Shown piece after piece: positions 1 through 10,098 of a DNA stretch of 64,000 nt. This DNA comes from Porphyridium purpureum (taxonomy: Eukaryota), in the NCBI GenBank assembly GCA_008690995.1, contig VRMN01000017.1, positions 62,001-126,000 on the forward strand, read 5' to 3'. The position numbers were made by a program, and so were the translations under genes. Under the pieces are notes generated by a model. The model ran no database searches. It was not told the DNA's origin and was given only the letters and a program-made list of their open reading frames with translations. Numbering within the stretch: the stretch's first letter is position 1; each line of letters begins with the position of its first letter.

Positions 1-2865
1 ATACACTGCACCATTGTGTTGATCTTCGTCAAACATTTGCACGTTTTCGAGTCATCTTCCAGAAAGTCTACGTGCTCCAAGACGCGTTGAATAGTCCGCA
101 CCGGAAGCAATTCTGAACGTGCGTTAATTTGAAATCGTAATCTTGTCAAATTGTGTAAAATATTGCTCGCAAATGAACGACCGGCGACATTTGCTGACAC
201 TAGAGGTCCGCTATCACTGGCTACTAGGCGTAAACATTTTGATGCTCCAGTTGATCGGAAAAGACTTGCCGGTATGCGGAAACGCCCGTGTGTAAAATCT
301 TCTGCCTACCTTATCGTCTTCAGGATTCTTGAAACGGTGCAAATATGCAGGAAAGTACTTGAAGAATGTAGCACGCTCATAGAAGAGTCTGCAGAATCTC
401 GCCAGCCCGCCGCGAATGTGCATGATTTGCAAAGATAAATAGCATTACCCTTGGCGACCGAAAACTTGCAGTATGTTCCACGCGCTTTCGGTACACTACC
501 CTGGCGATAAGCAAAAACTCGTCCAGAAAAAGTTCGAGCTCGCGAAGGTTTTTGAACGATAGCCATTAAAAGAATAAAGCGCCGCCTCAGCGTATTCCCC
601 AATCCCCCCACAACCTCTACGAATTCGAGCGCTCTCCTGGCAAGACAGCATTAGCGCGTAAGATAACCAATACTGGGCAACAAGAAGCTAGGGAATGAAA
701 TGCAAAGCTGCATGTTCCAAATTGTATCCCATTTTTCATCAATTTTGGTGCGCTTTTGGTTCTTTGTGAAAAGTGAGTATTGACACGCAGCTATATTTTC
801 GGGCGTCCCGGTACGTCCACACACGTTCGTTGCGTCCAGCGCAACCAGCCGCGCATTCTCCTTTGGTGGTCACCTGAAACAACCCAAAGCATTCTGTACT
901 TGGTGCACTTCATCTATCTCTCCTTTGTGGCTATCAGTATAGTTCTACAGAAGCCTGCATTGATGTGTTGTGCTGAATTGTCAGCAATTTGCCATTTTCG
1001 TTTCGAGACGCTTGCAACTAGTTGTTCGCCGGTTCCAAATATTGAATAGCGACATTCGATCCCTGGAAATACTCTGACTTTTGCCCACAATTGTTTTCAA
1101 TATTTTGCTTCCCGTACCGGGTACAAGGAGTGTGGGCCGGCCATGATAAGATACCAGTGAATAAAAGTTTGGCTCTGTGATTGTGCTTTACGTATGTCTG
1201 GAGACCCGTTTTGTTAAGGTTTTTGACTTATTTTCTGTTCTTATGCTTACGTTCCCTTTCGGCGTGCAGCATACGCACGCGGACGTGCGACCTATTTATC
1301 CAGGTCGCGAACCGAGGCAGCTGAAATCGCAGAATATCGATAGGGGGTATGGAGGTGTTTTGCAAGGCTAAACAAGTGACAAAAGAGCCCAATAAAGCTG
1401 ACACGTAACCCACATTGGCTTCTACAAAGCTGGCGCACATGTCACTGCTCCTAGATTTGCTCCTGCCATGCAAATATCCTAGCCACACCAAAAGTGCACA
1501 TTCGCTGCACATTATTACACTACTAGCGTCTGAGAGCACTCATATTGGTATCATTCTTTCTCTGCGCACAAAAGTGCATCCTCTGTGTGTCGACGATCTA
1601 TAAACATCGCGAGTGCTAAATATCGTGTTTGATTCAGACGTTGATGTTGATAATATTTTTGATTTTCACCCTGTGCTGCAACTCTACATTAAGCGTGCCG
1701 TTCTTCAGAAAATTCGTCCAAAATCCGCTAGCGTTGGCCTTTGACCTCGTCAGAACATGTGCTGGATTGTACACGCCAACCCTCAGCCAGATTTTATCTA
1801 TTGCCCATGTCGAATACTTCACATATTATATCAAGGGCTGCCACAAGTCTCATCTCTCGTCAACTGAATTTGCAGCCGAGCGTGTCGTACAGATTTTTCA
1901 AGGGTGTAAGTATCTTTAGAAAGCATGAATTAATATTCATCAAGTAATCCTTTTATCTTTTCTCCGATATTAAAAGTGTCTATGAACGTTACTAATTCGG
2001 TAACCAATACAGACTTCGTCCCATGCTTTGTGTTGTATGATGCACTTACCAAAGAATGTGCATCTGACCTCATCAATGACGGCGACTACAACAAAGACGG
2101 CGATCTCTTATTGCACCGTTCCTGGACACTCTGCTACGGTCTGGGGGGCTTCTGAGAACACCGTTACGTCAGGTTTTTTCGTCCGTACTTTGAAGCGTTT
2201 GGATACCGGCCCCGTAGTCCTTGCGCAACGTTTGTATCTTTTTGCATAGCCGCGCCAGCTTTGCAAGATCCTTAGCATCAGGTTTGACCATCTGTGCCGC
2301 CAAATTTGCGTGGATTCGCATGTCTGGTCAATTATTGATCAGTATCCATGCAAGCCACATATTTTTTGGACCGGAGCGTCCAACGGGTCTTGCCGACAGA
2401 GATTGTATATTTGAGTTAGACATGAGCATTTCTCCACGAATTGGTGTTGTTCAAGAAGTATCATTTCGTTCACGTCGCAGAACGTGGTACTATCAAATTT
2501 GTACGGCACATTCTTCTGTTCTGAGGTCTCGAATGACTTCACGACCAAGTCTTCTGCTATCGCAAGTGCTGAAATACCCGTGCAAAAAAAGTTATCCTAC
2601 ACGAGTACAATCATACCGTCGCCCACAAAGCGCAAAAAAGGCAACTATCGAGAAATGCGTGTCGCGTGAAAAGGCATTTTCTTGAGGACCTTGTCGACGG
2701 TCTTGTGCCAGTGACTTCTTTCGACGAGCCCGTACAGTGGGGACAAGACGCGTGAACACAACTTGTCAGCTTCTGCGCCTCTTTGGCCACGGCCTTGGAC
2801 AATACCCAGTACGGTGATCGAGAACGATGACACAATTTACGAGTGCGCGTTGGGTTTGACTATAA

Positions 2866-5800
2866 GTGCGCTCGTATACGGTCTCGAAACCATATCCCGC
2901 TCCATTTCCCGGCGGGACCCACAGACCGTTCTATCGGTGCATCAACAGCAGTCTGAAGAGTCTGACAAGCGACGACATGGTAATCACGAGACTGTACGAC
3001 GCATCCCTGCGGGCGAATGGGATCATGACCCACACGCTCCAGGTGCTCAAGTTGTACCCGCTCCATTTCCACGATAAGCGTGTCGCTCTGCCTACGATCG
3101 ACCGCCCTTTCGTGGCCTCGGTGATGAAGATCCTGTAAGAGGAGCCCAAGTGCGGACAGCCGTCCAGCAAAGAGACCAAGCGCATCAAGAACACGGTGAA
3201 AGCGTTTTACAAGGTGCACTGCAAGCCTCATGTGGTAGGGCACCTCAACTACCGCCGCACGCACTCGGCACTAGAATACCTGGCGATTGACGTGATCACA
3301 ATATACAAAAGCAATCTCAAGCACCAAATCGTGGAATGCATCGAGCGTTTCGTCAATGTATCGAAAGAGAAAAGCGCGCTGCTCGCGGTCATTCAAAAGC
3401 ACAAGAATACCACCGGCCGGTATCAGGCGGCGGCCCAAAGCACTGTGTGCTCATATGCGGAAGATCAAGAACGACCTCCTGAGCCCCGAACATCCGAAGA
3501 AGGCATACCGGCTGTGCCACGCGTGGATCGACAAGCAGAGCCACAACGTGTTGCACTCAAAAGAAGCTTCGGAAGGACAGCAGTATCTACCACAACATGC
3601 AGAGTTCGCGGTAGGACTACCTTCCGCACATGCTGTACATGATGAAGGCCGTCGAGGCTCGGGATGCGAGCGCGAGCAGCGCGTCTTCCTTGCGGAGCCA
3701 AATCAGCCCGACGCATCCCCGTCTCGAAACGGTGTCGCTGGTCAACCTCTTTTTCTTTGCGTGTTGGGCAAGCGTGGTGATTGCACGAGAAAGGGTAGCC
3801 TGGTCCAGTACAAGGCGAATATCTGGGGCTTCTTCTTCAAGATCGATACGAAGTGCTTTCACCTCAGAGACGTCATACATGCACACACGTTTGACCACCA
3901 AATTGAGATAGACCGCGTACGGTGCAGCATCCTGCTGAAGTGGAGGGGCATGGTCGAAAAATCCGTCAAGGAACTGAAACCGGAGAAGGGCAGCGGCGAG
4001 ACATACATCGATAAAGCAGAGGAAGATACGCCTCTGACTGACACACAGGTCGTCGCTGTAGATGCCAATCAATCTGACCCGCTGTACGGTGTGGCCAACG
4101 ATACCAGGAGCAAACCAATTTTCACCCAGAACACACGCCGCAAGGAGACAAAGACAAACTTACCGCAACTACAAGCAACTCAAGCAAAAGGTGGCGGATG
4201 GTAAGCGCGTAGTGGAGAGGGAAGCGGAGCTGAGCGCCTGCAAGCGAAAGACGACGGACTTTTTCAAGTTCAAGGTGAACATCCAAAGAAAGAACGAGGT
4301 TCACGATCAGCTCGCGTCGTCTTTACAATGAGTCTATCTTCCGCAAGCTCAAGCTGGGAGACTACGTGCGGCTTTAAATCACGGACGTTCTTTGTTTGAC
4401 CCCATTCGTCTAAACGACTCAAGTATTTTGAAACCTGTAAGCCGATTGGCCACTTTGACGTGAAAGCGCTTTCAGAAACTTCTTTAGAGTCTAGAAAAGT
4501 CAAGACATGTTAAAACATAATGATTTTCTCAAAATGTTGAAGTTCCTCTGAGGAGCTGTACCTCCACTGCACAGGCTTCACATGTCGTGCGGACTGCCGC
4601 TCGCTGCATTTGTCGTAGTCGTCCTCGAGAGCCGAAAAGCGCTGCCTCACCTCGTGCATATATTAGTGCGCCAAGTAGTCAGAGGTTCGCCGTGGTGCGC
4701 GGGGTTCTGGGGTGGAGATTAGCGTGGAGAATATATAAAACCAAATGTTTCTTGTGCTAACAAAGTGGCAAGGAGCTGAGAAGCCGCTTCCTGCGAAGTC
4801 GACCGCGCGTACGTTGTGAGAAATGCATTGGTGGCCGCATAGCAGCCTTCTCCGCATTGTGTAGGCCTCTCCCGGTTCGTCAAAACCCAGCGAAACCGGT
4901 AAAGTTTGCGGCAGACTAGCAATATCATTTCTCTCGGCGCCTTGTTGTCCCTGGCGGGAAGTAAGGGTATAAAAAGAAGACGCGCCTGCCCGGACTAGCC
5001 GGTCAGGTCTTGCCCGGAGAGAGAAGAGGTGAGAAGCAGAGAGTAAAAAGGCACAGCATTGGTAACATTCTGCAACCTCCTTGCCCCTTTTTGCTCTGTT
5101 CGACGAAACTCTTCGTGCACGCCTTGCGTTGAGTACTTTTCTGGCCTTCGCGCATTTTGTCGACGCAAACCAGTCCCAAAAGAAGGGTACTCGAGCATAG
5201 CACTTGAATTCTCGTGGCAATGATCCGAATGCCGCGTAAATGAATCACATTTTCGCCACAAGTATTGTAATTGGTGGAGCAGAACTTACTTCCAGGACAA
5301 GCGCTATGTGGATGCATGGTGCACTCCTCGCTGAAAGAAAAATCTGTGAAGAGAGCGCCGCCACTCCGACACCCTGCTCCTTTGTGCAGGGGTTTCGTGA
5401 ATGTTTTTAACTGGGCTTGTCTCTTGCCCTTCTCTCTTTATTGTCGGACTGGACAGGAGGCTGTGCTACGTGCTAGTTATATATCCTTCAACTTGCAGCG
5501 GTCGTGCACAGACGGTCCTGACCCAAAGGGCAGTGACCGTTTGGCTTCACGATCAAGAGCACATAAAGCTGCTCTGAAAGACTATACAGTCCCTCTTCCC
5601 GTTACGCTCTTCGATTTTGTAACCGCACTCTTTACCGAAAACGATTCATTGGAATTTCACACTGCTCAGGCTAGCCTGTCAGGTCCTGCTCAGCCAGAAG
5701 AGTGAGAAGAAGAGAAAGAGTGAGAGACCTTCAGTAAAGACCACTCGAGGACGCAGCTGGTAACAACTGAAGCTTGTCTGCTTGCACAGTCCGAGAAGCT

Positions 5801-6170
5801 GTCCGATGGGCTCGAGGAAAACATCATACCGATTGGCGACTTTGACCAACGCAAGCCCCGCAAGAACAGAGAGTCTATCTGAGGGAAACGGTTCCGGATC
5901 ATGTTTCGCAAGGCCGGCAATCAGCGTGTTTCTGGCAGACGAGTTCCTGACCAACTGCCATTGCAGTGCATACGGCGGTGGATGTAAGACGTGCAGAGTG
6001 TGCGAGAGCTTCAGACTGTATCGTAGCGCCAAAGTCCTGAGAAACAAACTCGTCGAGTGTGAGACTTGCTCGAGGCTGTAGAATAAAGTTCCGAGCGCCG
6101 CCTCAAACATTTAGAAGGTAGCGCTCAGCGCGACTTTAGGCGAAGAGCGTCCGGACTACCTTTACATGAG
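2866..6170 (+). pseudogene. Fanzor1 (TnpB-related RNA-guided RuvC nuclease) pseudogene, frameshifted and split by an insertion at 4386-5765
   Basis: Colinear fragments across frames: FYRCINSSLKSL..HTLQVLKLY..LEYLAIDVITIYKSNLK..ERFVNV; RKIKNDLL; HTFDHQIEIDRVRCSILL; RuvC-I VVAVDANQSDPLY (Asp codon 4061-4063); TQNTRRKETK; FRKLKLGDYVR. After the insert: TEA..IIPIGDFDQRKPRKNRES (Glu 5871-5873), FRKAG..VFLADEFLTNCHCS, Zn-finger cysteines (CHCS..C, CETC), *NKVPSAASNI (decayed W-N-R-D..A..NI), RPDYL. Roughly 620-640 codons when joined. Confidence 0.85.
4386..5765 (+). mobile_element. Solo-LTR-like insertion interrupting the Fanzor gene
   Basis: Flanked by ACGGA (4381-4385) and ACTGA (5766-5770), a 5-bp TSD with one mismatch. 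Ends are CGTT (degenerate TGTT) and TAACA. Internal TATAAAAA at 4968-4975. No recognisable coding. Excision gives ATC ACG GAA GCT (I-T-E-A) in frame. Confidence 0.7.
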
Positions 6171-6245
6171 TCAGAGACCACATCCGTGGTCCTAAATCGG
6201 TACCACAAAACCAAGGTTCACCTAGCGATGCACGATAAAATATCA
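6160..6245 (+). ncRNA. Candidate (degenerate) Fanzor omegaRNA scaffold region
   Basis: Position at the 3' end of the Fanzor ORF, where omegaRNAs are encoded. Hairpin GACCAC-ATCC-GTGGTC (6176-6191) and palindrome AACCAAGGTT (6209-6218). Positional inference only. Confidence 0.3.
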
Positions 6246-7856
6246 TCCGCTCAAAATGATGCGTCGCTTGTGCGCCGTGGTCAGATACGAATTGAGCAGC
6301 AGTAGAGATGCGTCGTTCAGCTGAGGTAATGGTGTGTTTTGGAGCAAAGCTATTAGCGCTGTTTCCCTTTCAGGGTGATCCGCGCCATGATTCACGTCTG
6401 CACCATGCCTTACAAGGTACGAAAACAAATCATGGCGGACAGCCTGATGCAGTTGGGAATCGTGCCAGGCGACAATCAGGTCTAATGGACAATAACCGCG
6501 CCAGTCTGCCTGGTTCATAGGTATTTTGTGCGCAATGAGCCGCTGAATGATTGAGGAAATGCACGGCAACGTGATGGTCGAGCTCTCTTCGAAGGAAGCC
6601 AGCAGAATATGGAGCGCGTTTCTCCGACGACGCGTTTCCGTGATTGTCAGATCCGCATTGCGATCCAACAAAAGATGGACCATTGCCTTGTCTCGATTAC
6701 GCACGGCAATGATGAGAGCTGAGGTGCCATTGTTGTCCAGCGCGTTGACATCCGCGCCGTACCGAAGAAGCAAGCGCGCGGTCGAGACATGGCGATTTTG
6801 GACGGCGCTCATGAACGCCGTATTGCCTGTGTTGTTCGTCTGGTCAATCAAGGCGCCTCTTCCGAGAAGGACGCACACGCTTGTGTTCACCCCGCACTTG
6901 GCGGCCAAATGCAAGGCTGTGTTGCCCGTGCGATCGCACGCATTTATATGCGCGTCATAATCCAGTACAAGATTGATTGCTGCACAGATGTCGCTTCCTG
7001 ACGGATTCTGGATCGAGGGCATGGCTGCTGCCATTAATGGCGAACGCCCAAGATCGTCCTTGATCTCTGTGTATGCCCCGAATGCGAACAAAGAGCGCAT
7101 ACAAGAAACGTGACCATTTTGTGCGGCATGCAGAAGCGCGGACCGACCACGACAGTCCTGCAAGTTGACTTGCGCACCAGCCTCAAGCAACAAGACCAGG
7201 CAGTTTTCGTGGCCCTTGACGGAGGCCGACATTAGTGCCGAACGACCGGCATCGCTCTGATGGTCCACGTGCGCACCATTTTCCAACAGGAGGCGCACGC
7301 CCGAACTGTGTCCGTTTTCGGCAGCGAGAATAAGTGCAGACTGACCGAAGTAGTCATCTAGGTTGACTCGCGCAGACGCTTCCAGTAACAAACGCATGCA
7401 TGACTCGCTACCTGTGACCGAGGCAATCAGAAGCGCCGAAAGACCGCGACCGTCTTGCATGTCTACTCGCGCTCCCGCTTCTAGTAAGGGACGCAAGCAG
7501 TCCTGTTGTCCACCTTTAGCTGCGGACATGAGCGCCGACTTCCGCTGCATGTTCTGCAAATCCACTTGCGCGCCTTTCTCAATTAAGATTCGGACACACG
7601 CAAGATTCCCGGCCTCGGCAGCGTACATGAGTGCGGATTGGCCGTCCGCGTCGAGCAAGTCAATATCGGCGCCGGCGTCCAGCAACGCGCAAACGCACGC
7701 ATCCTGACCCGCCTGCGCGGCGCGCATCAGTGCCGTCTGGCCTCCAATCCCTCTGACATTCAAGTCGTCACAAGACGCAATACTTTCCTGCACAGCTGCC
7801 CAGTCCTGTGTTTCCGCTGCGTCCAGAAACGTACACTGCCGCGACGCCTTGTCCAT
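6243..7856 (-). CDS. Ankyrin repeat protein
   Basis: 537 aa ORF with more than 10 tandem 33-aa G.(S/T)AL..AA..G...C...LL..GA repeats. Confidence 0.93.
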   Translation of the reverse strand: MDKASRQCTFLDAAETQDWAAVQESIASCDDLNVRGIGGQTALMRAAQAGQDACVCALLDAGADIDLLDADGQSALMYAAEAGNLACVRILIEKGAQVDLQNMQRKSALMSAAKGGQQDCLRPLLEAGARVDMQDGRGLSALLIASVTGSESCMRLLLEASARVNLDDYFGQSALILAAENGHSSGVRLLLENGAHVDHQSDAGRSALMSASVKGHENCLVLLLEAGAQVNLQDCRGRSALLHAAQNGHVSCMRSLFAFGAYTEIKDDLGRSPLMAAAMPSIQNPSGSDICAAINLVLDYDAHINACDRTGNTALHLAAKCGVNTSVCVLLGRGALIDQTNNTGNTAFMSAVQNRHVSTARLLLRYGADVNALDNNGTSALIIAVRNRDKAMVHLLLDRNADLTITETRRRRNALHILLASFEESSTITLPCISSIIQRLIAHKIPMNQADWRGYCPLDLIVAWHDSQLHQAVRHDLFSYLVRHGADVNHGADHPERETALIALLQNTPLPQLNDASLLLLNSYLTTAHKRRIILSG

Positions 7857-7860
7857 CGCG

Positions 7861-7920
7861 CCGGACGCAGCCGGACGCTGCCAGACGCTGCCAGACGGCG
7901 CTGGAAGCTACCAGACGCTT
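7861..7920. repeat. Six degenerate 10-bp tandem units (CCRGACGCTG)
   Basis: ccggacgcag ccggacgctg ccagacgctg ccagacggcg ctggaagcta ccagacgctt, directly upstream of the ankyrin ATG. Confidence 0.8.
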
Positions 7921-8066
7921 CCTCCAGTTTGCCCGGGTCTTGGTTCTGATCGCGAGCACCTGCCTTTCATTGATCTATCGGCGGACTTCATTCAAATCCG
8001 ACGTACGAGCGAACGCCTGCACGACGACAAGCCTAAAGCCTGCCCGCAAACGTGTTGGGCGGCAAC

Positions 8067-9983
8067 ATGGTTTCACCGTGCTCTGCGGCACGAGCACGCG
8101 GGCTGTTACTGCGCGTGCAGAAGACCATGCGCGACACGCCAGCGCGGGTTGCACTTGTGAGAAACATCTCGGCATACGCTCGAGTTGAGGACGACGTGCA
8201 CAGGCACTGCAGGATATCGTGTGGGCGGACAACGATTACACACGACAGATGCTGTGGTAGCAGCACAAACATGTCCAAGCCTGTGTCTCGATTTTCTAGA
8301 CGTGCGCTGTCACGCGATGGTGGCGGCGAAGAAGCTCCAGCGTGTGCGTCATCCGTGTCGGACGTGTATGCGAGGTCGTTCACGAGAACTTTTGGGCGGA
8401 CGCGCTCATCGCTTTCCTCCTTTCCGTTGCGAGCAACAGCAAAAGCCATGAACCTGCCTGCAGCACACGTGGCGCGGAACAAAAGATGGATCAGCTCGTC
8501 GGCCATGTCGAGCGCATCGGACGACGACGAGGTTGAAGGATTCACTGAATATACATCTGCGGAAAGAGATGCAGATGAAAGGCGCCCATTGACGCTGTCC
8601 GAGCGACTCGTCAATCCGGAAGAGGTCGTGACTTTCAGAGACCCGAGCGGCAAGGTGATTCGCGGCCGAGTCGTACCGAGCGCGGAGCTCATGATCGAGA
8701 AGGCAAACAAGACGTTGTCTGGTGGCGAGTCTGGCGGTGCAGGTGCCGAAATGAAACACTGCGTCGAAAAGGGCGCAGACTTGGATGGAATACAGAATGA
8801 CCATGGTCTCCTGGCGGCTGTTCCGCATGAGTCAGTTGACGATTGGCAGGAACTGGTGTCGAAGGCAGAGCGCGGAGAGCTGAACGACCCAGACGATCCG
8901 GGGCTGGCGGAAAAAGTGCTGGAGCTGAATCGACTTTTCGCGGATGAAAAGACTTCAATCCAAACTATTGACGAAGTCCATGATTCGGGGAGCGAAGAGG
9001 CTCATGCGGCTTCAGGCGCTAATGAGTTTGGCTTTGAAGGTGATCCAAACGAGACGATTTCGAGCAGCTTGGAAGAGGCGAGCCAAATGGTGCACGAAGT
9101 TTCGTTTGATTTTTCGAGCAAGAAGAGGGAAGTGCACAAGTGGAAAGTCGAGGACGAAGACGAACTCGAGGCAAATGATCCGTCATATTCGCGATTTGAT
9201 GACACTGACTACATGGATAGCGAAACAAAAGAGCGCGCTATGAGGCATTCGGAGTCTCCCAGGGCTTCGTCTCCGCCAACAGGCGGCACCCCACACCGTC
9301 TGGCCGACGCCGAGCAGTTCGAGATGGAAGTCGCTGCGGACAAGCGCAAGCTGGCGGTAGATTTGGCCAGCACTCATGGGTCGGAGCGCATCCGAAAACT
9401 TATCAAGCGGCGGCACCACTACACCGAACGCGACGAAGCAAATGGGCCTTCTGCTTCAGTTGGCGCAGACAGTGCGGGAGCAAGACTGACACGTGCGGCC
9501 CCTATGAAATCTGCTGCAGCAACGGGCACGCGCGGCAAAGCCAAGGCAGCCGACTCGCATATTTCTGCGCCGGCCCAATCAAGAACCGCGGCCACTAAAC
9601 GCCCGTCCTTGGCCCAACTGACTCGGCTACAAGATGTGGTTCGGAAAGTTGCCGACCAGGCTTTGGCGCAACTGAGCTCACGGGCGGTGCACAAGACGCT
9701 TAGCATTCTCCGCGCTGAGGTGGCTGGAAACATGCGCGCGGTAACCCTTGTGTGGACTCCGGGCGACTTCATGCTCGACATCGAGCTTCCTTCAGACCGC
9801 GAGGCACACCTTGAGCTTTTGGAAACCTTCCTAGAGTGCGAACTTCGTCCGCGCGTGCTCAAGGGCCTCTGCATGCACATGCTTCCCAAGGCCGTACCGG
9901 AGCTGACGTTCAAGAGGGCCGGCCACGGCGCGCAGCAGCACCTCGTCGACGCTATCTTTGCTCGCATTCGATCCGAAGCGTGA
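8067..9983 (+). CDS. Organellar ribosome-binding factor A (RbfA)-like protein with long acidic N-terminal region
   Basis: C-terminal RLQDVVRKVADQAL..LSILRAEVAGNMRAVTLVW..LRPRVLKGL..KAVPELTFK fits the RbfA KH-like domain. Arg/Ser-rich N-terminus. Start codon uncertain. Confidence 0.6.
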   Translation: MVSPCSAARARGLLLRVQKTMRDTPARVALVRNISAYARVEDDVHRHCRISCGRTTITHDRCCGSSTNMSKPVSRFSRRALSRDGGGEEAPACASSVSDVYARSFTRTFGRTRSSLSSFPLRATAKAMNLPAAHVARNKRWISSSAMSSASDDDEVEGFTEYTSAERDADERRPLTLSERLVNPEEVVTFRDPSGKVIRGRVVPSAELMIEKANKTLSGGESGGAGAEMKHCVEKGADLDGIQNDHGLLAAVPHESVDDWQELVSKAERGELNDPDDPGLAEKVLELNRLFADEKTSIQTIDEVHDSGSEEAHAASGANEFGFEGDPNETISSSLEEASQMVHEVSFDFSSKKREVHKWKVEDEDELEANDPSYSRFDDTDYMDSETKERAMRHSESPRASSPPTGGTPHRLADAEQFEMEVAADKRKLAVDLASTHGSERIRKLIKRRHHYTERDEANGPSASVGADSAGARLTRAAPMKSAAATGTRGKAKAADSHISAPAQSRTAATKRPSLAQLTRLQDVVRKVADQALAQLSSRAVHKTLSILRAEVAGNMRAVTLVWTPGDFMLDIELPSDREAHLELLETFLECELRPRVLKGLCMHMLPKAVPELTFKRAGHGAQQHLVDAIFARIRSEA

Positions 9984-10098
9984 CTGTCGCCAGGCGCGAA
10001 TACGTGGAAAAACCGCACTGGAGGGGACAAGCCGTGCGGAGGAAAAGGGAAAGAACGACAGAGTGCTGGTGTGAAAGGGACGAGAAGGCTCATTCGTG

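Noticed and set aside
1..2860. Cys-containing minus-strand fragments suggestive of UBR-box or RBR/IBR zinc fingers
   Set aside because: Motifs are incomplete and the spacing is inconsistent; cannot support a family call. Probably decayed sequence.
4508..5765. Alternative LTR boundary TGTTA(4508)..TAACA with a chromodomain-like remnant upstream
   Set aside because: No TSD at this boundary; the 4386 boundary gives a TSD and an in-frame rejoin.
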